From Eledone cirrhosa (lineage: Eukaryota), in assembly GCA_964016885.1 (NCBI GenBank), contig OZ024750.1:42222001-42286000 (forward strand): a stretch of DNA of 64,000 bases, given 5' to 3'. Of this stretch, positions 50,955 to 64,000 are shown in pieces. The position numbers were made by a program, and so were the translations under genes. Within the stretch, counting starts at the first letter, position 1. Every line of letters begins with the position of its first letter. The notes beneath the pieces were generated by a model that was not told the DNA's origin, did not search any database, and worked only from the letters and a program-made list of their open reading frames with translations.

Positions 50955-51832
50955 TAAATAATGAAATTATTGTGTACAGTGCTCAGGTGCACTACAACTC
51001 GTCAAAGGTGCATGTATAGTACATAGAATAACACACAAATGTCAGGGAAGTGAACAGTGCACGAGTCATGATATACATGTGTGCATGTGCATGGAGAGGG
51101 AATATTAGGTGTAGTGTTGGCGAATCTCAGGAAGCATGGAGGTTTTAAAGGATGCAGTGTCTCGACAGCTAACAACTGATGCCGGTAGTTTGTTCCATGC
51201 TTCAGCAACTCTGAGCGTGAAAAAATGTTTCTGAAAGTCATGGGAGCTGTGCTGTTTTTAGACTTTGTTGGCATGCCCACATGTGTTTGACACATGGAAA
51301 TCAAAAAGGTACTCAGGGTTGTTGTTGTCAAGATGGTAATAATTTGCTAGACGTCGGAGCTTCAATGTATCCATGCCCAGGGAAGCAAGGCGTTCAGAGT
51401 ATGGTAGATGCCTGATGGAGGATATTCGCTTGGTTGCATGTCTCTGAACAGTCTCCAGGCTGTCAATGTTCTGAGCAAGATAGGGGTTCCAGACTGGTGA
51501 TGCAAATTCTAAGTGTGGTCGTACCATAGCTATATACAGCTTTAAATAGATGGCTGGAGAGCAGCTGACAAAGGTCTTGCTGAGTGATGCTAAGATACCC
51601 TTGGCCTTCTTGACAATTTTAGAGACGTGCTTCGTCCAATGCAAATCGCTGCTGACAGTAATGCCCAGGTCACGTTCACAAGAAGACTTCTTGATATTAG
51701 TGTTGTGGAGGGAGTATGTGGACGCTGGGTTTTTACTCCCAAAATGCATGGTGGTACACTGGTCCACAACTAGCTTGAGTTGCCAGTCTGTGATCCATTG
51801 TTGCATTGTGTGCAGGTCAGATTGCAGGCAAG
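50955..51832 (-). mobile_element. CR1-clade LINE 3' fragment (RT C-terminus plus UTR)
   Basis: WITDWQLKL...ERDLGITVSSDLHW...LYIAMVRPHLEFASPVWNPY...LETVQRHATK...LPYSERL..LGMDTLKLRR. Confidence 0.93.
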
Positions 51833-52329
51833 ATCTATAGTGTTATGATTTGTTTATCGTATCTTTACTAGCTGACAGATTGTGAAATTTTACAGTACGG
51901 AAGACTTCAGTTTTTAATATAACGCAGTCACAATGTCTTGCTAATGCTGTTTAATGTGGTCCAGGACATCAAGAGTTAAAGTTTCATCTCCAATAAAAAG
52001 AATCTTTATTCTCAATGTATACTTCTTTCATTGTATCATAAAATTCTTTAAAATTTTTCCTGCCATTACAATAATATACGGCTTCAAATACTCTCTAAGA
52101 ACGCTTCTTCAGCTCATTACATTTGAAACTATCTAAAATTTCTTACGACTTCAAATAAGCTTCCATTAATTTCAGTTTCTCATTCTTTTGTTTCCTCTCT
52201 AGTTTTACGCTGGAAATGAATCCTCTGCTGCTAAGCCATACTAACAGTATTGTTCTCATTTCTAATGAGAAAAATCTCATTCTTCTCTGATTCCGACTAA
52301 TGGTCAGTTTGTTTGTAAAGGTCCTATAA

Positions 52330-52449
52330 TACATATGCACACACAGATATGTACACACACACAGATATGTACACACACACATGTCTATATATATATTAAC
52401 ATTTATATATGTATATATATGTACTAACATATATATATGTATGTATATA

Positions 52450-52481
<32 letters not shown>

Positions 52482-53248
52482 CTAACATATATATATGTAT
52501 ATATATATACACATATATATATACTAACATATATATATGTATATATATATACACATATATATATACTAACATATATATATGTATATATATATACACATAT
52601 ATATATACTAACATATATATATGTATATATATATATACACATATATGTATATATATACTAACATATATGTGTATATATATACATATATATACTAACATAT
52701 ATGTGTATATATACATAAATGTGTGTTATATGTGTATATATACATAAATGTGTGTTATATGTGTATATACACATATATGTGTTATATGTGTATATACACA
52801 TATATATATACTAACATATATGTGTATATATATATATATACATATATATACTAACATATATGTGTATATATACATAAATGTGTGTTATATGTGTATATAT
52901 ACATAAATGTGTGTTATATGTGTATATATACATAAATGTGTTACATGTGTATATATACATAAATGTGTGTTATATGTGTATATATACATAAATGTGTGGT
53001 ATATGTGTATATATACATAAATGTGTGTTATATGTGTATATATATACATAAATGTGTGTTATATGTGTATATATATACATAAATGTGTGTTATATGTATA
53101 TATATATACATAAATGTGTGTATATGTGTATATATACATAAATGTGTGGTATATGTGTATATATACATAAATGTGTGGTATATGTGTATATATACATAAA
53201 TGTGTGTTATATGTGTATATATACATAAATGTGTGTATATAATATATA
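52330..53248. repeat. TA-derived compound minisatellite
   Basis: tatactaacatatatatatg and tatatacataaatgtgtgttatatgtg units. Confidence 0.95.
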
Positions 53249-53515
53249 TTAAAGTGATGAGCCACTATATTCCAGAAGATATCAATTTTATTGTATTCAA
53301 CTTAGATCCACCATATTGTCGTAAGAAAATGTCTTTCCAAACGCAATCTTCTTTTTATAACACACAGCTCTAACATATCTCAAGGAATCCACTTGACGTT
53401 GCTGTTGTTGTTGCTGTTATTTAGAAATGGTAAACAGAAATTAATGTAATGATGTGCTCCCGTGCAGAGATGCCAGAAAATATCTCATCATCATCATCAT
53501 CAGCAGCAGCACTGT

Positions 53516-53724
53516 TTAACCCTTTAGCATTTAAATCGACTGCATCTGACCAGAATTCTTTCACCTCTTTCTGTTCAAACCGGCTGTAACCAGCCGTGAA
53601 GTTATTATTATGTGAAGGTATTATTCTCAAAATAAATAATATCAAAATCTCATAGATTCGTTATTATGTGATAAAACCTTTGCCACATAAATACAATAGA
53701 GTAATGTAAATGGTAAAGAGTTAA
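53516..53724 (+). mobile_element. MITE P1 copy
   Basis: TTAACCCTTTAGC...GTAAAGAGTTAA. Confidence 0.8.
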
Positions 53725-54077
53725 TGTCCATTTTCCATGGTAGCATGGGTTAGACGGATTGTTCCCATTTAAGGCAAGTCAAATCAGGTGCCCATGTTTT
53801 GCTGGTTTCTACACCTGGATGCCCTTTCTAACGCTGACCACATGTACAGTGTGGACTGGGTGGTTTTTGTCGTGTCACCAACACAACAAATGAGTTAAAG
53901 CTACATGTGTTGTCTAATGTGTGGGAGGCCTCATCACTGATAAAACAACCGGAACTGAGAGAGGTCAATATATTTTACTCCAATTTCAAAATATTTTCTC
54001 TCTACAAGAAAGGAACATTTGGAGTTGAATGCCACAAAACTTAGATGTAACTGCTACTTCAACAACTCAGACAACAC

Positions 54078-56282
54078 CCTCTGTCTACCACACCACCCCT
54101 GTGTCCACTCCTGTCTACCACACCACCCCTGTGTACACTCCTGTCTACCACACCACCCCTGTGTACACTCCTGTCTACCACACCACTACTATGTCACCCT
54201 GTCTACCACACCACCACTATGTCACTCCTGTCTACCACACCACCACTATGTCACTCCTGTCTACCACACCACTACTATGTCACTCCTGTCTACCACACCA
54301 CTACTATGTCACTCCTGTCTACCACACCACTACTATGTCACTCCTGTCTACCACACCACTACTATGTCACTCCTGTCTACCACACCACTACTATGTCACT
54401 CCTGTCTACCACACCACTACTATGTCACTCCTGTCTACCACACCACCACTATGTCACTCCTGTCTACCACACCACCACTATGTCACTCCTGTCTACCACA
54501 CCACTACTATGTCACTCCTGTCTACCACACCACTACTATGTCACTCCTGTCTACCACACCACTACTATGTCACTCCTGTCTACCACACCACTATGTCACT
54601 CCTGTCTACCACCACACCACTACTATGTCATTCCTCTCTAACACACCACCCCTGTGTCCACTCCTGTCTACCACACCACCCCTGTGTCCACTCCTGTCTA
54701 CCACACCACTACTATGTCACTCCTGTCTACCACACCACCACTATGTCACTCCTGTCTACCACACCACCCCTGTGTCCACTCCTGTCTACCACACCAGTAC
54801 TATGTCACTCTTGTCTACCACACCACTACTATGTCATTCCTCTCTAACACACCACCCCTGTGTCCACTCCTGTCTACCACACCACTACTATGTCACTCCT
54901 GTCTACCACACCACTACTATGTCACTCCTGTCTACCACACCACCACTATGTCACTCCTGTCTACCACACCACTACTATGTCACTCCTGTCTACCACACCA
55001 CTACTATGTCACTCCTGTCTACCACACCACTACTATGTCACTCCTGTCTACCACACCACTATGTCACTCCTGTCTACCACCACACCACTACTATGTCATT
55101 CCTCTCTAACACACCACCCCTGTGTCCACTCCTGTCTACCACACCACTACTATGCCACTCCTGTCTACCACACCACCCCTGTGTCCACTCCTGTCTACCA
55201 CACCACCCCTGTGTCCACTCCTGTCTACCACACCAGTACTATGCCACTCCTGTCTACCACACCACTACTATGTCACTCTTGTCTACCACACCACTACTAT
55301 GTCACTCTTGTCTACCACCACACCATTACTATGTCATTCCTGTCTAACACACCACTACTATGTCACTCCTGTCTACCACACCACTACTATGTCACTCCTG
55401 TCTACCACACCACCCCTGTGTCCACTCCTGTCTACCACACCAGTACTATGTCACTCCTGTCTACCACACCACTACTATGTCACCCCTGTCTACCACACCA
55501 CTACTATGTCACTCCTGTCTACCACACCACTACTATGTCACTCCTGTCTACCACACCACCACTATGTCACTCCTGTCTACCACACCACTACTATGTCACT
55601 CCTGTCTACCACACCACTACTATGTCACTCCTGTCTACCACACCACTACTATGTCACTCCTGTCTACCACACCACCCCTGTGTCCACTCCTGTCTACCAC
55701 ACCAGTACTATGTCACTCCTGTCTACCACACCACTACTATGTCACTCCTGTCTACCACACCACTACTATGTCACTCCTGTCTACCACACCACTACTATGT
55801 CACTCCTGTCTACCACACCACCCCTGTGTCCACTCCTGTCTACCACACCAATACTATGTCACTCCTGTCTACCACCACACCACTACTATGTCATTCCTGT
55901 CTAACACACCACTACTATGTCACTCCTGTCTACCACACCACTACTATGTCACTCCTGTCTACCACACCACTACTATGTCACTCCTGTCTACCACACCACC
56001 CCTGTGACCAATCCTGTCTACCACACCACTACTATGTCACTCCTGTCTACCACACCACCCCTGTGACCAATCCTGTCTACCACACCACTACTATGTCACT
56101 CCTGTCTACCACCACACCATTACTATGTCATTCCTGTCTCACACACCACTACTATGTCACTCCTGTCTACCACACCACTACTATGTCACTCCTGTCTACC
56201 ACACCACTACTATGTCACTCCTGTCTACCACACCACTACTATGTCACTCCTGTCTACCACCACACCACTACTATATCCACTC
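54078..56282. repeat. Minisatellite 29-30 bp x~75, two interspersed unit types
   Basis: cactcctgtctaccacaccactactatgt and cactcctgtctaccacaccacccctgtgtc. Confidence 0.99.
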
Positions 56283-56679
56283 CCATCAACAGCTACACCC
56301 CTAATATTATGAGACCCCCCCCATCTACACTCACCAGCCGTAGTCCTTATAATCCCACAACTTTGTCATAGTACCAGTTATATCCACTGGTCAAAGACAT
56401 CCTATTATATATGATATATGTGCTATACAGCATTTCAAATATGACCCAAATATGGTTTTATTTTTTGTGGGTAGGAGAGGAATGTAAAAGATATTTGTCT
56501 TTCAACAAAGATATATTTTCTTTCATGATTTTAAATAAAAATGTTCTTTTAGTTTCGAGAACTTGAGAAGAATGGGTTTTTTTTGAAAAAAATATTTACT
56601 TAAGTTAAAAATATTTTTTGTTTATCTCATTGAGCATAAATATAATTGGGAGAGATATATTCTGACACTTACACCACAT

Positions 56680-57632
56680 GCTGACACACGTACACATACC
56701 ACCCTGCCACACACACACACATACACATGTACACATACAGATATACATACACATACCACCACACACATACATACATACATACACACGCACACCACCCCAC
56801 CACACACATACACACACCACCCCGCCACACACATACATACACATACCACCACACACACACACACACACACACACATACCACCTTGCCACACACACACACA
56901 CACATAAACATACGACCCCGCCACACACACACACACATACACATGCTGACACATACACATACCACCTTGCCACACACACACACATACACATAAACATACC
57001 ACCCTGCCACACCCACACACACACCACCACACACACACATGCTGACACATACACATACCACCTTGCCACACATACACATAAACATACCACCCCGCCACAC
57101 ACACACACACACATACCACCCCGCCATGCCCACACACACATACTATCCCGCCACAAACATACATACACATGCACACATACATACACATACCACCAATCCA
57201 CCCCGCCAAACACGCACATACACATACCACCACACACACATACACACATACATACCACCCTGCCACACATACATACACATACCACCCCGCCACACATACA
57301 CACAGAACCCTGCCACACAAACCTGCACAGAACCCCTCCACACACACACAACCCTGCCACACAAACCTCCTGCACAGAACCCCTCCACACACACAGAAAC
57401 CTGCCACACACACACATGCACACACAACCCTGCCACACACACACATGCACACACAACCCTGCCACACACACATCCACCATGCATACCCCCCTGCCACACA
57501 CACACTCACAGACACATACCCCCTCCAATACACACACACACACACCACACAGACACAAAGCCCTGCCATAGACACATACACACAGACAGAACCTCCTCCA
57601 CCATACACAGCCCCCTCCACACCCACCCAACC
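56680..57632. repeat. CA-rich compound repeat
   Basis: acataccacc(c/t)tgccacacacac units. Confidence 0.95.
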
Positions 57633-57795
57633 CATTGTTTATATTTGTAAAGCAAGTAGTCTCTAGAATTCAAAGTCAAATTAATTTTTTCTTTGTTTTC
57701 CTTTCAAGTTATCTTGAAAGTTATTTTAATCCTTCTTGAAGTATTTTAGAACATTTCTTTATCCAGAAATTCTGGAGAGAAACAAAACAAAACTA

Positions 57796-58748
57796 GTCCC
57801 TTGGGGTAACATAGAGACCAGGCTTTGTTCTGGGAGGAAAGGGTGGCAGTTCCTTGGGGTAACATAGAGACCAGGCTTTGTTCTGGGAGGAAAGGGTGGC
57901 AGTCCCTTGGGGTAACATAGAGACCAGGCTTTGTTCTGGGAGGAAAGGGTGGCAGTCCCTTGGGGTAACATAGAGACCAGGCTTTGTTCTGGGAGGAAAG
58001 GGTGGCAGTTCCTTGGGGTAACATAGAGACCAGGCTTTGTTCTGGGAGGAAAGGGTGGCAGTCCCTTGGGGTAACATAGAGACCAGGCTTTGTTCTGGGA
58101 GGAAAGGGTGGCAGTTCCTTGGGGTAACATAGAGACCAGGCTTTGTTCTGGGAGGAAAGGGTGGCAGTCCCTTGGGGTAACATAGAGACCAGGCTTTGTT
58201 CTGGGAGGAAAGGGTGGCAGTTCCTTGGGGTAACATAGAGACCAGGCTTTGTTCTGGGAGGAAAGGGTGGCAGTCCCTTGGGGTAACATAGAGACCAGGC
58301 TTTGTTCTGGGAGGAAAGGGTGGCAGTTCCTTGGGGTAACATAGAGACCAGGCTTTGTTCTGGGAGGAAAGGGTGGCAGTCCCTTGGGCTAACATAGAGA
58401 CCAGGCTTTGTTCTGGGAGGAAAGGGTGGCAGTCCCTTGGGCTAACATAGAGACCAAGCTTTGTTCTGGGAGGAAAGGGTGGCAGTCTCTTGGGCTAACA
58501 TAGAGACCAGGCTTTGTTCTGGGAGGAAAGGGTGGCAGTTCCTTGGGGTAACATAGAGACCAGGCTTTGTTCTGGGAGGAAAGGGTGGCAGTTCCTTGGG
58601 GTAACATAGAGACCAGGCTTTGTTCTGGGAGGAAAGGGTGGCAGTTCCTTGGGGTAACATAGAGACCAGGCTTTGTTCTGGGAGGAAAGGGTGGCAGTCC
58701 CTTGGGCTAACATAGAGACCAGGCTTTGTTCTGGGAGGAAAGGGTGGA
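57796..58748. repeat. Minisatellite 53 bp x18
   Basis: ccttggggtaacatagagaccaggctttgttctgggaggaaagggtggcagt(c/t). Confidence 0.99.
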
Positions 58749-59082
58749 TTTGTAGTTGGAGATGTTTGAAATAATGGAGTACAAGATGGTGATAGAAAGA
58801 GCAACCAACTATAGAAAACCTGCCAAAAACAAGGGTCAGGTGGACCCTTCAAGAACATCCAACTATAGAAAACCTGCCAAACAAGGTCAGCTGGACCCTT
58901 CAGCTGTGATAAAGAGATAACAACCTCCCTAATGCTGGTGCTACAATAAAATAGATTTAGTGGAGGGGTTATAAATAAGGAAGATACTGGCTCCCAGTCC
59001 TGATGACAGTATGGGGCTTGAGTGCTGACTTGGCCTTTGAAGACCCATCATATCCTTTGCTAGCTGAGGGGGTGGATATTAT

Positions 59083-59314
59083 ATGCTGATGATGATGGTG
59101 ATGATATTGGTGATGATATTGGTGTTGGTGGTGATGATGATGGTGATAATGGTGTTTATGGTGATGATGGTATCGGTGTTGGTGATGGTTTTGATGTTGA
59201 TGATGATGATGTTGGTGTTGATGATGGTGATGACGGTGATGACGGTGATGATGGTGTTTATGTTGATGATGGTTTTGATGTCGATGATGGTGTTGGTGTT
59301 GATGATGATGGTGA
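59083..59314. repeat. (GAT/GGT)n microsatellite
   Basis: Direct. Confidence 0.9.
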
Positions 59315-59704
59315 AGTGCAGTTAACTTCTATAACAAGTGCAACTGATTTTTAAAAGAATTGCAGCGACTGACTTTAAAACGAAGTGCACTTGACTACTA
59401 CATGTGCAGCTGTTTTCTCCAGCAAACATAGCTGACTTCTATGTTGTTAGTGCTCCACTCACATTGAACATTACATCTATTTCAAAAGAATTTCATATTT
59501 AACTGGCATCAGTTTAACTCTTCAGAATTTATTGTATTTTTATGGTAAAGTCTTTCTCCCACATAATATAGAATCTATGAGGTTTTGATATTATTTATGT
59601 TGAGAACAATACCTCAACATCAGTATGAGTGGCCGGTTACAGCCGGTTTGAAGAGAAAGAGGTGAGAGAGTTCGCGCCAGATACAGTTAGTTTAAATGCT
59701 AAAG

Positions 59705-60335
59705 CAGTCGAGGGCAACCTGCGGCCCGCGAAGATCTCCGAATGGCTCGCCTAAGTCACCTAAGTGAAATCTTTCTGATTTTTTTCACCCCAACTTTTAA
59801 GTCGTAATTTATCTTTCTATGATAATGGAAGCACATGGCTTAGTGGTTAGAGCATTGGCCTTGCAATCGAAAGATTGTGAGTTCTCAGACCGGGTGATGG
59901 GTTGTTTCCTTGAGCAAGACACTTTATTTCACATTGCTCCAGTTTACCCAGCTGTAGAAATGAGATGATAGGGACTGGGGTCCCTATCAGTCCACTGCAA
60001 AGTGGTTGTGGCGGTGCCACGGCAAAAAAGCACCCAGCACTCACTGTAAATGAGGTTGGTGTTAGGAAGGGCATCCAGCTGTAGAAATCAAGCCAGAATC
60101 AGTTCCCGTCCCCCCTTGCAAGCAGGGAAAAGCGGACATAAAATGATGATGATGATCATTTTTATGATCGAGGAAAACAATGTGTACGAATTCTGAAGAA
60201 ACAAATCAAAACAACCCGAGTTACTGCCCTTTTTATTTTAATGTGGACATGAATGTAAATTAGCGCCTGCAGCCCACCTGATGATGAGCCATATCTGATG
60301 CGGGGCCCCTTCTCGAAAAAGGTAGCACATGCCTG
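59705..60335. mobile_element. hAT MITE containing a SINE A insertion
   Basis: 8-bp TSD tgctaaag (59697-59704, 60336-60343); CAG...CTG termini with gcggccc subterminal motif. Confidence 0.8.
59826..60156 (+). mobile_element. SINE family A, full length
   Basis: Head, CORE-like region, short RTE tail, (TGA)n. Confidence 0.93.
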
Positions 60336-60625
60336 TGCTAAAGGGTTAAACATCACATGTTATCTCTGACAGACAAGATGGTAAGATCATTATGATGACA
60401 GCCAGTGATAGCCACTACATCAACCATACCACTCGGCTCCCTCCTCACGTGTATTACCTTCACATCTGAGAGGCTGAACACACGAGAGGTTTCCACACTG
60501 ACAGGATGTTCAAGCATCCAGAACATACCTGGAATTTTTCTGTTTTTACCTGTGGCTTTTATAAAATGATGTATAGTAGTCTTCATCATCATAGATTATT
60601 TTATAAAGGTTGCTTTTGTTCCTTG

Positions 60626-60627
<2 letters not shown>

Positions 60628-60660
<33 letters not shown>

Positions 60661-61000
60661 GTCGTCATCGTCGCTATAATTGACATTGTCATCGCGTCAT
60701 TGTCGTAGTCATTGTCGTTGTTGTCATTGTCACCATCATACCACCACTATCACACCACCACCACATCACCACCACCACCACCACATCACCACCACTATCA
60801 TACCACCACCACCACCACCACCACCACCACCACTATCACACCACCACCACCACTATCATACCACCACCACCACCACCACCACCACCACCACCAGTATCAT
60901 ACCACCACCACCACTATCATACCACCACCACTACCATCACCATTGTCATCATCACCATTGTCGTCATTGTCATCATCATCATCATCAGCATCACTACCAT
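60628..61000. repeat. (CAT/CAC)n compound microsatellite
   Basis: Direct. Confidence 0.95.
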
Positions 61001-61299
61001 AATCCTTTTTTCTTTTTATTTTGTATACAAAGTTCAGAAAGCAAATTTCACCAGACTTCATTTAATATTTCTACCTTCTCAGATAGAAGAGCTCTACAAG
61101 CCATATACAGAATTGCTGTTAGTTCAGTGAGCAATTTTGGCTATAGGTGTGTTCCATTGTATGCTTGTCTACACACACGTTGCAACTAGTGCACAACAGA
61201 TGTTAACGTGTGCACAAAAGCCCAGTTGATGGCATTAATCAATAATTATACATGTGGTGCACAACACATACTTTTCTCATAGAAACCATTTTACATAAT

Positions 61300-61592
61300 T
61301 GTTTCTACTATTGGCACAAGGCCAGCGATTACTCAGTACATTACTGGTACTTTATTTTATCGACCCCGTAAGGATGAAAGGCAAAGTCAACCTCGGCGGG
61401 ATTTGAACTCAGACCATAAAGGGCCGTAACTGCTGCTGCAAAGCTTGGCGTCCGACTCTCTACCGATACTGCCAATCCACCGCCCTTGTGGTTGTGGTTG
61501 TGGTGGTGGTATGATAGTGGTGGGGGTGGTGATATGATAGTGGTGGTGGTGATAAGGACAATTAATGACAACAATGACGTGATGACAATGTC
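61300..61592 (-). mobile_element. SINE family B plus ~107 bp extra 5' sequence inside one TSD
   Basis: 17-bp TSD aaaccattttacataat at 61283-61299 and 61593-61609; SINE ends at 61485. Confidence 0.85.
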
Positions 61593-62671
61593 AAACCATT
61601 TTACATAATGTAAGATTTTTGTACATATTACAGTTAGCAGTTTCTAGAATAGGTACACTGTATCCCTGCATGTCGTAGGAGGTGACTAAAAGGGTTGCTA
61701 TTACGAGTGGAATCATCTGACTGTAAAACCTTGCCTCAAAAAATCCCATCCAACCCATGCCACCAGCACTAGAGAGATTGTTATCTACTCAGTATGACTG
61801 AAGGGTGTTCTCTACCTTACACTATACAGAGTGTACTGGGTGCATTTTCTCGTCTCTGCTGTATTATCTCCACTCAATTGCCAACCACTTTACACAGTAA
61901 ACTAATAAACTTCGTAATGATTGAAAGTGTCTCGTTCTAATAGCATTCAATTTTCAAGCAATATTTTCTTTTTAATACCAATTATAATTTGAGATTTGCA
62001 TTTCAAACTGTTTTTCCTACAATTCACTGAGTGATTAATCCTCCCTCTCCCTCTCTCTCCACTCATTCTCCTCTCATTTCTTTTCCCTCTCATTTCTCCC
62101 CCCCCCCCCCCTCTCTCTTCTCCCCCATCTCTCCTCTTTCTTCCTAAAAAGAATTTAAAAAAAAATTATTTAACCATTTCGTGACCATATTCCTAATGAA
62201 ATACATTCGATTTTAATTAATTAGCAAAGAATTTTGAGGGATTTACTAACATTATTAATTATTTCATTGCTAAGATAGTAATTTAACATATGGTTATGGT
62301 GGAAGATTTTAATTTAAATAAGGACCCTTTAAAATGGGTTGTTTTATTTGATAAGAACCAGAGCCAGGTTTGGTTTCAGTGTCCATATTTTAACTATGAA
62401 CTCTTGTTCTCATTAAAATGTTATATAGCAGGTTTCTTTATCTGACAGCACAGCACAGAAGACTTTGTTAGGCAGAAGACAACTTCGTTAGGGTATTTTT
62501 TTATATTTTCAGGATAAGGTGATTAATATATGTATTTTTTTCACAAAAAAAGAGATTTTTTTAAATTTTTTTTATATGGATGGCTATAATAGAATCCCAT
62601 GATATTTGTAGTTAGTGGAACTGCTAGTCACTATATTTTGCAGACTTTTCTCCATTTAACATAATATATGT

Positions 62672-63895
62672 GAAGGAACATGGCTTGTGGCTTAGTGGTT
62701 AAGGTGTCGGGCTCATGATCATAAGGTCTTGTGTTTGATTGCTGGACCTGGCAATGTGTTGTGTCTTTCAACGACACTTCATTAATCCTAGCTGTGTTGT
62801 GTCTTTCAGTAAAGTACTTCATTAATCCTGGCAGTGTTGTGTCTTTCAACAAGACACTTCATTAATCCTGGCAGTGTTGTGTCTTTCAACAAGACACTTC
62901 ATTAATCCTAGCTGTGTAGTGTCTTTCAACGAGACACTTCATTAATCCTGGCAGTGTTGTGTCTTTCAACAAGACACTTCATTAATCCTAGCTGTGTTGT
63001 GTCTTTCAACGAGACACTTCATTAATCCTGGCTGTGTAGTGTCTTTCAGTAAGGTACTTCGTTAATCCTGGCTGTGTAGTGTCTTTCAGTAAGGTACTTC
63101 ATTAATCCTAGCTGTGTTGTGTCTTTCAACAAGACACTTCATTAATCCTGGCAGTGTTGTGTCTTTCAACAAGACACTTCATTAATCCTGGCTGTGTTGT
63201 GTCTTTCAACAAGACACTTCATTAATCCTAGCTGTGTAGTGTCTTTCAACGAGACACTTCATTAATCTTGGCAGTGTTGTGTCTTTCAACAAGACACTTC
63301 ATTAATCCTGGCTGTGTTGTGTCTTTCAACAAGACACTTCATTAATCCTAGCTGTGTAGTGTCTTTCAACGAGACACTTCATTAATCCTGGCAGTGTTGT
63401 GTCTTTCAACAAGACACTTCATTAATCCTAGCTGTGTTGTGTCTTTCAACGAGACACTTCATTAATCCTGGCTGTGTAGTGTCTTTCAGTAAGGTACTTC
63501 GTTAATCCTGGCTGTGTAGTGTCTTTCAGTAAGGTACTTCATTAATCCTAGCTGTGTTGTGTCTTTCAGTAAAGTACTTCGTTAATCCTAGCTGTGTTGT
63601 GTCTTTCAGTAAGGTACTTCGTTAATCCTAGCTGTGCTGTGTCTTTCAGTAAGGTACTTCATTAATCTTGGCAGTGTTGTGTCTTTCAGTAAGGTACTTC
63701 ATTAATCCTAGCTGTGTTGTGTCTTTCAGTAAGGTACTTCGGTAATCCTAGCTGTGTTGTGTCTTTCAGTAAGGTACTTCGTTAATCCTAGCTGTGTTGT
63801 GTCTTTCAGTAAGGTACTTCGTTAATCCTAGCTGTGTCTTTCAACAAGACACTTCATTTCACATTGTTCCTGCCCCAGTTCACTCAGCTAAAAAT
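62672..63895 (+). mobile_element. CORE-type SINE with internal 40-bp unit amplified ~27x
   Basis: Head tggcttagtggttaagg; array (gtgttgtgtctttcaacaagacacttcattaatcctggca)n at 62756-63857; resumes tttcacattg..ccagttcactcagct. Confidence 0.85.
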
Positions 63896-64000
63896 AAAAA
63901 AAATAATGCCAACAGCAGCAGCTACGGGTTGGTCCCTGCAATGAACTGGTGTCTAGCCCAGAGCAGAATCTTTTCATAATAGGACTAGGACACCCAAGGA

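Larger units (their letters stand above)
59514..60349 (-). mobile_element. MITE P1 split in its terminal repeat by a hAT MITE
   Basis: ...tttaaatgctaaag [insertion] tgctaaagggTTAA. Confidence 0.8.

Noticed and set aside
51840-52325. Coding-like minus-strand segment
   Set aside because: Multiple stops, no recognisable motif; part recurs near 50080 and 40750, so probably an old repeat
54019-56371. Mucin-like 442-503 aa ORFs
   Set aside because: 29-30-bp unit shifts frame continually; open in all three frames; no signal peptide or splice context
60353-60592. 79-aa minus ORF faintly like an L1/Tx1 endonuclease piece
   Set aside because: Similarity too weak to support without a search
61083-61126. 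Possible micro-exon IEELYKPYTELLLV with ttctcAG and GTgagc
   Set aside because: Too short; no phase-compatible neighbouring exon identified

Overview
AT-rich, repeat-dominated animal genomic DNA with no confidently identifiable host gene. The SINE families and microsatellite load resemble coleoid cephalopod (Octopus-like) intronic or intergenic DNA; that assignment is from recall and was not tested. Contents: 3' fragments of RTE-clade LINEs (one a clean ~333-codon RT with YADD and an embedded PHD-like finger), a CR1-clade fragment, a Penelope-like GIY-YIG fragment, several minimal type I hammerhead ribozyme motifs (two with apparently intact cores), a mariner remnant, three tRNA-derived SINE families, TTAA-flanked piggyBac-like MITEs, hAT MITEs with 8-bp TSDs, long fold-back palindromes, and more than 20 mini/microsatellite arrays. 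Most long ORFs in the track are repeat artefacts. Most notable: hammerhead-bearing Penelope remnants including a 500-bp palindrome with mirror ribozymes; minisatellites that arose in place from internal segments of at least five TE families; a SINE whose 3' tail matches a LINE in the same window, with exchanged tail variants; and insertions that captured local flanking DNA. Coordinates were read by eye and may be off by a few bases; copy numbers are approximate.
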